A stretch of 64,000 bases of DNA from an uncultured Verrucomicrobiota bacterium (GTDB lineage: Bacteria > Verrucomicrobiota > Verrucomicrobiia > Limisphaerales > UBA8199): assembly GCA_964401575.1 (NCBI GenBank), contig CAYNZC010000002.1:3462-67461 (forward strand). Reading direction: 5' to 3'. This document shows positions 9,213 through 16,650 of this stretch, piece by piece. Both the position numbers and the translations under genes were made by a program. Position 1 is the first letter of the stretch, and each line of letters opens with the position of its first letter. The notes below the pieces were generated by a model that saw nothing but the letters and a program-made list of their open reading frames with translations, did not search any database and had not been told where the DNA came from.

Positions 9213-9434
9213 ATGCGCATAGATCATTTCATCCGCGGTAGCCGACGCGACTTCTTCAAAGCCGCTTCGAGATATGCTTTTCTGGCGGGGTTGAGCGCCC
9301 TGGCGGCCACCGTCCTGCGCAAGCCCTGCCCGCAGCCGACCCGATGTCCGGGCCAGAATGTCTGCTCGAATTGCACATGGTTTCAATCATGCGCATTACC
9401 ACAGGCTGTCTCCGAACGCGCTTCGATCCATTGA
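9213..9434 (+). CDS. Small (73 aa) twin-arginine-signal protein with a Cys/Trp-rich ~40-aa mature region
   Basis: MRIDHFIRGSRRDFFKAASRYAFLAGLSALAATVL carries a near-consensus Tat motif (SRRDFFK) and an h-region. The mature part is RKPCPQPTRCPGQNVCSNCTWFQSCALPQ... with 5 Cys and 1 Trp. GC3 by hand count (~64%) is coding-like. The stop TGA (9432-9434) overlaps an in-frame TTG (9431) of the next gene. Confidence 0.55.
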   Translation: MRIDHFIRGSRRDFFKAASRYAFLAGLSALAATVLRKPCPQPTRCPGQNVCSNCTWFQSCALPQAVSERASIH

Positions 9435-10441
9435 CCAAGCCCCTCCAAATCAACAGACGCCGCTTTCTGGAAGTCGCCTCCGGGACACTGCTATCCGCGC
9501 CGTTTATCCTCCAGGGGGCGCAACCCGGGAAGCCAAACCGCCTGGCCTATGACATTTCACGATTCACGGTTACGGACCGGAAGCTGATCGCATACGAAGA
9601 GCAGCGACGGTTCGAAAAGGTGGCGGAGAGTCCGCGCCGTCTTTGGGTCGAGAAGTCGGGCGCCTTTCTCGTGGCTTGCGCCAAAGGGGTAGTCGGAGTG
9701 GGCGCATCCGGACAACCGGAACGCGAGTTTCACACTCCATCCCCCGCCGGTTGTGTGTGCCGCGACGCCTCAGGCAATACCTGGGTCGGCACGCGCAACG
9801 GCATTCATCGTTTCGACCCTTCCGCAACTCAATCCGGTTTCTGGCCAGCGCCAAATTCGCAATCGTGGTTCACAGCCCTCGATACAGATGGGGATGACGT
9901 GTTTGCGGCGGACTCCGGCAACCGCGTGGTGCTGCGCTACAATCTTTCCGGAAAAATCCTCGGACGCATCGGCACAAAGGACAACGCGCGGAACATCCCC
10001 GGCATTGTGCTGCCGAGCCCATACCTCGATGTGCGGTGCGGACCGGACGGCCTGCTAAGGGTGAACAACAGCGGACGCCACTGCGTCGAACTCTACACGC
10101 GGGACGGCGACCGCGAACTCTCCTGGGGCAGGCCTGGCGCGGGCATCGAAGGCTTTTGCGGCTGCTGCAATCCCGTAGCGCTCGACACCCTGCCGGATGG
10201 CTCCTTTGTGACATGTGAAAAGGGGCTGCCGCGCGTGAAGGTTTATTCTGCCAGAGGAGAGTTTCGGTCCGTGGTCGCCGGACCGGAATCGTTCCCGGAG
10301 AATCCACGGCACGGCGCTGCGACCACCGCCCGAGGCGGGCCCGTCAGCGGGTTGGATGCCGCAACAGGACCGGATGGGTTGATCCTGGTGCTGGACCTGG
10401 CCACTGCCAATGTACATGTGATGCAACCGAAGAAATCATGA
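9431..10441 (+). CDS. Tat-signal NHL-repeat six-bladed beta-propeller protein
   Basis: Tat motif INRRRFLEVASGTLLSAPFILQGA. NHL-like blades (VFAADSGNRVVLRYNLSGK; DGLLRVNNSGRHCVELYTRDG; DGSFVTCEKGLPRVKVYSARG; DGLILVLDLATANVHVM). Unusual FCGCCNP motif. The stop overlaps the next ATG (ATGA at 10438-10441). Start ambiguous: TTG 9431 gives an 8-aa n-region, while ATG 9389, 9377 or 9344 would overlap the small ORF. Confidence 0.8.
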   Translation: MTKPLQINRRRFLEVASGTLLSAPFILQGAQPGKPNRLAYDISRFTVTDRKLIAYEEQRRFEKVAESPRRLWVEKSGAFLVACAKGVVGVGASGQPEREFHTPSPAGCVCRDASGNTWVGTRNGIHRFDPSATQSGFWPAPNSQSWFTALDTDGDDVFAADSGNRVVLRYNLSGKILGRIGTKDNARNIPGIVLPSPYLDVRCGPDGLLRVNNSGRHCVELYTRDGDRELSWGRPGAGIEGFCGCCNPVALDTLPDGSFVTCEKGLPRVKVYSARGEFRSVVAGPESFPENPRHGAATTARGGPVSGLDAATGPDGLILVLDLATANVHVMQPKKS

Positions 10442-10995
10442 ACGACAAGCCCCGGGAATCCAGGCGAGAGTTTTTGACCAACGGCGCGCGGTTTACAGCC
10501 GCCGCCGGGCTTGCCGGCCTGGCAGGCCTTCTGGCCGCCCGCGGCACCGCCAAAGGCACGGTGTGGCAGATCGACCCCGAGAAGTGCGTGCGCTGCGGGA
10601 ACTGCGCCACACACTGTGTGCTCGAGCAATCCGCCGTAAAATGCGTCCACGCCTACGCCATGTGCGGATACTGCCAGCTTTGCACAGGTTTCTTCGAGCC
10701 CGAGCCCAACGACCTCAACACAGGAGCCGAAAACTGCCTCTGCCCGACCTCCGCCATCAAACGCACGTTCATCGAGGATCCCTATTACGAATACACCATC
10801 GACGAAAAGCTCTGCATCGGCTGCGCCAAATGTGTCGAGGGTTGCGCCCGCTTTGGCAACGGCTCGCTCTTCCTCCAGGTGCGGCACGATCTCTGCGTGA
10901 ACTGCAACGAGTGCGCCATTTCGAAGGTCTGCGCCGGCGACGCCTTCGTCCGTCTGCCTGCGGATCGTCCCTATCTGCTGAAAACGGGTCACTGA
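10438..10995 (+). CDS. Tat-signal periplasmic ferredoxin with four Cys clusters (NapG/MauM/NosG-like)
   Basis: Tat motif ESRREFLTNGARFTAAAGLAGLAG. Cluster motifs CVRCGNCATHC, CGYCQLC...CLCP, CIGCAKCVEGC and CVNCNECAISKVC. Confidence 0.85.
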   Translation: MNDKPRESRREFLTNGARFTAAAGLAGLAGLLAARGTAKGTVWQIDPEKCVRCGNCATHCVLEQSAVKCVHAYAMCGYCQLCTGFFEPEPNDLNTGAENCLCPTSAIKRTFIEDPYYEYTIDEKLCIGCAKCVEGCARFGNGSLFLQVRHDLCVNCNECAISKVCAGDAFVRLPADRPYLLKTGH

Positions 10996-12410
10996 TGCGT
11001 TCCTCTTTTTCATACCGGCTGCTGCTGGCCACGTTCCTGGGCTGGATGTTGATTTTCAGCCTTGATGCCCGGGCCGCCCAACGCTTTCCCCCGCCAGACT
11101 TTGAATCGGGCCACTCGCTGCCGGAAACGACCGTGCCCGCCGCGCGCGCCGTGGCGCTGGAATACCTGGACATCGCAGTCCTGGCCGTAGCGCTCAGCGT
11201 GGCTTCCTGGATCATCTTCAGGAAGCGGTCCCGCAAGGCCATGATCGGTCTTTCCGTTTTCTCTCTGCTCTATTTCGGCTTCTGGAAACAGGGCTGCGTC
11301 TGCGCCATCGGCTCCGTGCAGAACGTCGCCCTGGCGCTTGCTGGAAACGGTTACTCCCTGCCCGTATCTGTGCTGGCATTCTTTGCTCTGCCCCTGGGTG
11401 TGGCGCTGTTTTTTGGACGGGCCTTTTGCGCCGGCGTTTGCCCGCACGGTGCGCTGCAGGACCTGGTTTTAAGGAAGCCCGTGAAGGTGCCCGCATGGCT
11501 CGAGCACGGGCTGGGCGTGCTGCCGTTCGTTTATCTCGGCGCGGCGGTTCTCTTTGCCGCCACCGGCAGCGCCTTCCTCATCTGCCAATACGATCCCTTT
11601 GTGCCGGTGTTCCGCATGAGCGGGAGGTGGTTGATGGTGGCCGCAGGCGTGGCCCTGCTGGTGCTGGGCGTGTTCGTCGGCAGACCCTATTGCCGGTTCC
11701 TCTGTCCGTTGGGCGCGTTGCTCAAGATCAGCGCCACCGTCTCGCGCCTGCACGTTCGCGTCACCCCCGCCACCTGTACGCAATGCCGGCTCTGCGAGCA
11801 CTCATGCCCGTTCGGCGCCATGCGAAATCCCGAAACGCCGGACCCGCGCGCTCTCCAGAAAGATCGGCGCACTCTGACGGCACTGCTTGCCGCCGCGCCA
11901 GTCATTATTCTCGCCTCGGCCTGGGTCGGATGGACCTTCAGCGATGTTGCTGCCCGGATGCATCCCACGGTTTCTCTGTCAGAACGTGTGGTTCGGGAGA
12001 AGGGGACGCCGACCCCCACCGGGGTGCTTTCGCCGGACGACCTCGCGTTGGAACGGGCGCGGCAGGCGCCGGACAAGTTGCTCAACGAAGCCGTGCAAAT
12101 CCGCGACAAGTTCAGGATCGGCTCCTCCATGTTCGGCGCATGGGTGGGCCTGGTCATCGCCGTCAAACTCATCAGCCTGTGCCGGCGCCGGATCCGAAAG
12201 GATTTCGAACCGGACCAGGGTTCCTGCGTGGCTTGTGCCCGTTGCTTCGAGACCTGCCCCGATGAATGGATCCGCCGCGGCCTCACCCCACCCTCGTGGC
12301 AGGCTCCAGAATCAGAACAGGCGGGAGGACGTTCATCCCAGGAAACCCAAAACTCTTCGGAACGGGGACATCCCGTCGCCGAACCGCCCAAAAGAAGGGA
12401 GTCCTTATGA
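10995..12410 (+). CDS. Integral-membrane polyferredoxin, NapH/MauN/NosH-like
   Basis: ATG at 10995 shares one base with the upstream TGA (TGATG). Several TM helices. Two NapH-type CX3CP motifs (GRAFCAGVCPHGALQD; GRPYCRFLCPLGALLK). Two 4Fe-4S motifs (CTQCRLCEHSCP; CVACARCFETCP). The 144 codons upstream in the ORF track are an Arg-rich out-of-frame overlap of the ferredoxin gene and are discounted. Confidence 0.85.
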   Translation: MRSSFSYRLLLATFLGWMLIFSLDARAAQRFPPPDFESGHSLPETTVPAARAVALEYLDIAVLAVALSVASWIIFRKRSRKAMIGLSVFSLLYFGFWKQGCVCAIGSVQNVALALAGNGYSLPVSVLAFFALPLGVALFFGRAFCAGVCPHGALQDLVLRKPVKVPAWLEHGLGVLPFVYLGAAVLFAATGSAFLICQYDPFVPVFRMSGRWLMVAAGVALLVLGVFVGRPYCRFLCPLGALLKISATVSRLHVRVTPATCTQCRLCEHSCPFGAMRNPETPDPRALQKDRRTLTALLAAAPVIILASAWVGWTFSDVAARMHPTVSLSERVVREKGTPTPTGVLSPDDLALERARQAPDKLLNEAVQIRDKFRIGSSMFGAWVGLVIAVKLISLCRRRIRKDFEPDQGSCVACARCFETCPDEWIRRGLTPPSWQAPESEQAGGRSSQETQNSSERGHPVAEPPKRRESL

Positions 12411-14221
12411 CCTCCGTCTGGCGCTCCCTTCGCAATGCCGCAGCCCTCTTTACCCTCGCAGTCGGGCTCGTCATGGTTTTCGACTACGTCAGCGCCCGCA
12501 GCGGGGATCCGCTAAATTCTCCACAACTCCAGGCCCTGAAGGATGATCTCCGCGCAACCCCGGGAAGTGACGATCTCAAGGCGAAGATCCGCGAGCTCGA
12601 TCTCGACCTGCGCCAGCGCTATTTTCGATACATCGCCCGGATGAACTCCGGCGTCTGGCTTCTGATCATCGGCGCCACCGCAGCCCTGGTCGCCGCCGCG
12701 CGCGCCAGGTTCCCTCACGCATACGAGAGTATTTCCGAAAACGGGCGCGTCTCGCTCGCGCCTCAATCCGAAACCCGAGGGGCCCCGACCCAGCGGGCGT
12801 ATAATTATCTTCGTACGAGAGCGACGCCAGACGCACCCGCATCTTCGAAGAACAAAGCGTTCAGTGCAGTCGCTGCAACGGGACTCGCAACGCTCCTGTT
12901 CCTGGGTTGGCTGGCAGTCACCTCCGCTCCATCCGCCCTGCCCTCGCGCATGGCCCGCGCGGAAACCCCATCCGGCCCGGCCACGGAAGATGGCCCGGAT
13001 TGCGCTTCCCCCGCAGAATTGAATCGCAATTGGTCCAGATTCCGTGGGCCCGGCGGCAACGGCGTCGCCCTCGCGGGCAAAGCCCCCATCTCATGGAACG
13101 CTGAAACCGCCTCAGGCATCGCGTGGAAAGTCCCCTCTCCCGTCCCGGGTTTTAATTCCCCAATCGTTTTCGACAGCCGCATTTTCATCGCAGGCGGGGA
13201 TGCCTCGAAACTCGAAATCGTTGCCCTCAACCTGAACGACGGGCAGGTCGTATGGCGTCAGCCCATCCAGGCTCCTTCGGGCACCCAAACCGCCGAAGTC
13301 CCCGAGTCCACAGGCTATGCCCCGTCCACCATGGCCACAGACGGACGCCGCGTCTATGCCATCTTCGCCAACGGCCTGCTTGGCGCCATCAATGTGGACG
13401 GCCGGCCCGCCTGGACGAAATCCTTTGGCGCACTCAGCAATCCCTACGGTCACGCCATTTCCCTCGTTACCTGGCAGGATCGCGTCATCGTCCAGCTCGA
13501 CCAGGGCGAAAGCGGCGAAGGCAAGTCCGTTCTTTACATGCTCGACGGCCGGACCGGAAGACCCGTCTGGCAGAAACCACGCACCCTCGGCGCTTCATGG
13601 GCCTCACCCATCGTCTTCGAAGCAGCGGGCCATCACCAGATCCTCACACTCTCCATCCCCTTTGCCATCGCTTACTCGGCTGCCAGCGGAGAGGAACTCT
13701 GGCGCGCGGATTGTCTTAACGGCGAAGTCACTCCATCCCCCATCTTCGCCGGCAACCGCCTGATTGTTGCCAGCCCCTCCGATCGCATTATGTCCATCCG
13801 GCCGGACGGACGGGGCGACGTCACAAAAACACACATCCAGTGGAGCTTCGACGAGGATATTCCGGACGTCACAAGCCCGGTCGGCAACGGCGAGTTAATC
13901 TTCTTTGTCAGCACCCATGGCGGCCTGACTTGCATTGACGCAAAGGATGGCAGCAAGGTCTGGACTCAGGACCTGGAGTTCGAATGCCACGCCTCCCCGG
14001 CCATTGCAGGCGGCCACCTCTACCTGTTCGGCCAGGAGGGCTCTGTCGTCATCGCCGAGGTCGCCCGCCAATACATGGAAGTCTTTCGCACAAAAATGCC
14101 CGACAGCTTCCACGCCAGCCCGGCATTTGTTCAGGACAGTATCGTAGTGCGCGGCATGTCCAGTATGTGGCGGCTGGGGTCCGTCACTACGCCGGAAGCC
14201 GGGGGAGGCCCCAAACCATGA
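12407..14221 (+). CDS. Membrane-anchored PQQ-like (BamB/PQQ_2-type) beta-propeller repeat protein
   Basis: ATGA overlap with the upstream stop. Three N-terminal hydrophobic segments (AALFTLAVGLVMVF; VWLLIIGATAALVAAA; AVAATGLATLLFLGWLAVT). Recurrent PQQ-like blade signatures follow: NLNDGQVVWRQP, LDGRTGRPVWQKP, SAASGEELWRAD and DAKDGSKVWTQD. Confidence 0.8.
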   Translation: MTSVWRSLRNAAALFTLAVGLVMVFDYVSARSGDPLNSPQLQALKDDLRATPGSDDLKAKIRELDLDLRQRYFRYIARMNSGVWLLIIGATAALVAAARARFPHAYESISENGRVSLAPQSETRGAPTQRAYNYLRTRATPDAPASSKNKAFSAVAATGLATLLFLGWLAVTSAPSALPSRMARAETPSGPATEDGPDCASPAELNRNWSRFRGPGGNGVALAGKAPISWNAETASGIAWKVPSPVPGFNSPIVFDSRIFIAGGDASKLEIVALNLNDGQVVWRQPIQAPSGTQTAEVPESTGYAPSTMATDGRRVYAIFANGLLGAINVDGRPAWTKSFGALSNPYGHAISLVTWQDRVIVQLDQGESGEGKSVLYMLDGRTGRPVWQKPRTLGASWASPIVFEAAGHHQILTLSIPFAIAYSAASGEELWRADCLNGEVTPSPIFAGNRLIVASPSDRIMSIRPDGRGDVTKTHIQWSFDEDIPDVTSPVGNGELIFFVSTHGGLTCIDAKDGSKVWTQDLEFECHASPAIAGGHLYLFGQEGSVVIAEVARQYMEVFRTKMPDSFHASPAFVQDSIVVRGMSSMWRLGSVTTPEAGGGPKP

Positions 14222-16650
14222 GCAGCCTTCTCGAAGCGCCGGCGGCCATCGTTCGACCCGAGCCCGACCTCGCCTACGTGGACGAGGCCGTAGAGCGCTA
14301 CGGACGCCAACCTGACGCCGTCCTTCCAATCCTCCAGGCCCTGCAGGACCATTATGGCTACTTGCCACATGCGGCGCTCGAAAAGATCTGCTCCGTCACG
14401 AGAATTACCCCCGCCGGCGTCTCCGGAGTCGCTTCGTTCTATGACATGTTCCGGCTCCAGCCTGCCGGCAAACACATCATCAGGGTCTGCCGCGGAACCG
14501 CTTGCCACGTTAACGGCGCCGAACGCGTCGAAGACGCTCTGAAGCGCGAGTTGGGCATCGTCCCCGGCCAGGATACCGATTCCCAGGGTCAATACACGGT
14601 TGAGCAGGTCGCATGTCTTGGTTGCTGCACGCTCGCCCCGGTCGTTCGAATCGAAAATGCCACGTTCGGCCATGCCACTCCCGAACGCGCGCATGCTATC
14701 CTCCGCGAGTTCTCCGAGCTGAAACTTAACGGTGGCGGCGCGCGTTCCACCGAGGAACTGCTCCAACCCGCAGCCGCCAAAGGCGAAATCAGGATCGGGC
14801 TTGGCTCCTGCTGTATCGCCAAGGGCAGCGACCAATTATTTCACGCCTTACAGGACGAAGTCGCCCGCACCAACGCGCCCGTCAACGTCAAACGCGTCGG
14901 CTGTGTGGGCATGTGCCATCGCACGCCGCTCGTGGAAATCAACGCTCCCGGCGCCGACCGATCCCTCTACGCCGGTCTCGCCGCGCCCGATGTTCGCGCC
15001 CTGGTCCGACGCCATTTCCGTCCGCGCGGCATCCCGAACAGGGCCAAACAAATTGCGGATGGAATGATCGATGCCCTGCTTGGCGTTCATAACCACGAAG
15101 TCATCTCGAGCGCCGCCCTGCGCCCGCAGGAGCCGTCCGTATGCGACTTCCTTGGCGGACAGGTTCACATTGCCACCGAGCATTTCGGCGAGTCCGACCC
15201 GCTCGACCTCGACGAATACGTGCGTCACGGCGGCTTCACCGCCCTGGCCCGCTGCCTCGGACCCGAATCGAAGCCGGAACCTCTCGCCTCCCCGCTGCAA
15301 GCCATCCCTCCCTCCGCCATTCCAGACCTCCTGGACCGGGCAGGCCTGCGCGGACGCGGCGGCGCAGGATTCCCCACCGGCGCAAAGTGGCGCATGGCCC
15401 GGGAGCAGACCTCAAACTCCAAATACATCATCTGCAATGGCGACGAAGGCGATCCCGGCGCTTTCATGGACCGCATGCTTCTGGAATCCTTTCCTTTCAG
15501 GATCATTGAGGGCATGGCAATCGCGGCCGTCGCCACAGGCGCCCATGAAGGCTTTCTTTACATCCGCCACGAATATCCGCTGGCCCTCAAACGCGTTCGC
15601 GCCGCCATTAAACTTTGCGAGCGGCGGGGCTGGATCGGGCAGCGCCTGCTCGGCGCCGACTACCCTTTTCGCCTCACCATCAAGCAAGGCGGCGGGGCTT
15701 TTGTTTGTGGTGAGGAAACCGCTCTCATCGAATCCATCGAGGGGCGCCGCGGCATGCCCCGCTTGCGCCCTCCGTTCCCTGCGGTCAGCGGCTTATGGGG
15801 CAAGCCGACCGTTATCAACAATGTTGAAACGCTGGCCATGGTCCCTTGGATCATCTGCAACGGCCCCGAGGCTTTTGCCGCACTGGGCACAAAGAATGGG
15901 CGCGGCACAAAGGTCTTTGCCCTCGCCGGCAACGTCCGCCGCGGTGGCCTCATCGAAGTCCCCATGGGCATGACTATTCGACAGATTGTCGAGGGAATCG
16001 GCGGCGGCGTCCGCCCCGGCCGCACGTTCAAAGCCGTTCAGATCGGCGGGCCCTCCGGCGGCTGCATTCCCGCAAGCCTCGCGGACACTCCCATCGATTT
16101 CGAATCTCTCCGCGCCGTTGGCGCAATTATGGGCTCGGGCGGTTTGGTCGTGCTCGACGACACTGCCTGCATGGTGGACATCGCCCGCTATTTCCTTCAG
16201 TTCACCCAGCAGCAATCCTGCGGCAAGTGCACTTTCTGCCGCATCGGCACCCGTCGCATGCTCGAAATCCTCAACCGCATCTGCGCGGGCAAGGGCCATG
16301 CGAAAGATCTCGCCATGCTCGAAACGCTGGCCCAGCAGGTCGCAGCCGGCAGCCTCTGTGGCCTTGGCAAAACCGCCCCGAACCCTGTGCTCACAACGTT
16401 GCGCTATTTCCGCGACGAATATCAGGCGCACCTGCAAGGTCGTTGCCCCGCCGCCGCCTGCACCGCACTGATCAAGTACCGCGTTCTCGACAATTGCACA
16501 GGCTGCACCATTTGTGCGCAGCATTGCCCCACCGATGCCATCCCGATCACCCCCTACCAGCGGCATTGGATTGACATGGACAAATGCATCCGCTGCGATT
16601 CCTGCCGCCAGGTTTGTCCGCATCAGGCGGTGGAAAAGGCGTCCCCATGA
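14218..16650 (+). CDS. NuoE-NuoF fusion flavoprotein (NADH-binding, FMN, multiple Fe-S; HydB/HoxF/FdhB-like)
   Basis: ATGA overlap with the upstream stop. NuoE-type 2Fe-2S (CRGTAC...CLGCC). A second thioredoxin-like 2Fe-2S (GSCCIAKG...GCVGMCH). NuoF motifs GRGGAGFPTGAKW, ICNGDEGDPGAF and SCGKCTFCR...LCGLG. C-terminal 2x4Fe-4S (CTGCTICAQHCP; CIRCDSCRQVCP). Confidence 0.9.
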   Translation: MSSLLEAPAAIVRPEPDLAYVDEAVERYGRQPDAVLPILQALQDHYGYLPHAALEKICSVTRITPAGVSGVASFYDMFRLQPAGKHIIRVCRGTACHVNGAERVEDALKRELGIVPGQDTDSQGQYTVEQVACLGCCTLAPVVRIENATFGHATPERAHAILREFSELKLNGGGARSTEELLQPAAAKGEIRIGLGSCCIAKGSDQLFHALQDEVARTNAPVNVKRVGCVGMCHRTPLVEINAPGADRSLYAGLAAPDVRALVRRHFRPRGIPNRAKQIADGMIDALLGVHNHEVISSAALRPQEPSVCDFLGGQVHIATEHFGESDPLDLDEYVRHGGFTALARCLGPESKPEPLASPLQAIPPSAIPDLLDRAGLRGRGGAGFPTGAKWRMAREQTSNSKYIICNGDEGDPGAFMDRMLLESFPFRIIEGMAIAAVATGAHEGFLYIRHEYPLALKRVRAAIKLCERRGWIGQRLLGADYPFRLTIKQGGGAFVCGEETALIESIEGRRGMPRLRPPFPAVSGLWGKPTVINNVETLAMVPWIICNGPEAFAALGTKNGRGTKVFALAGNVRRGGLIEVPMGMTIRQIVEGIGGGVRPGRTFKAVQIGGPSGGCIPASLADTPIDFESLRAVGAIMGSGGLVVLDDTACMVDIARYFLQFTQQQSCGKCTFCRIGTRRMLEILNRICAGKGHAKDLAMLETLAQQVAAGSLCGLGKTAPNPVLTTLRYFRDEYQAHLQGRCPAAACTALIKYRVLDNCTGCTICAQHCPTDAIPITPYQRHWIDMDKCIRCDSCRQVCPHQAVEKASP

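Noticed and set aside
10563-10994. 144-codon N-terminal extension of the NapH-like ORF in the ORF track (MADRPREVRALRELRH...)
   Set aside because: It is Arg-rich and low complexity, and it lies entirely out of frame over the well-supported ferredoxin gene. The ATG at 10995, followed by a hydrophobic signal/TM segment and the TGATG junction, is a far better start.
13984-14217. 78-codon upstream extension of the NuoE-NuoF ORF
   Set aside because: It overlaps the 3' end of the PQQ-like gene in another frame with Arg/Pro-rich composition. The NuoE homology begins right after ATG 14218, which forms an ATGA junction.
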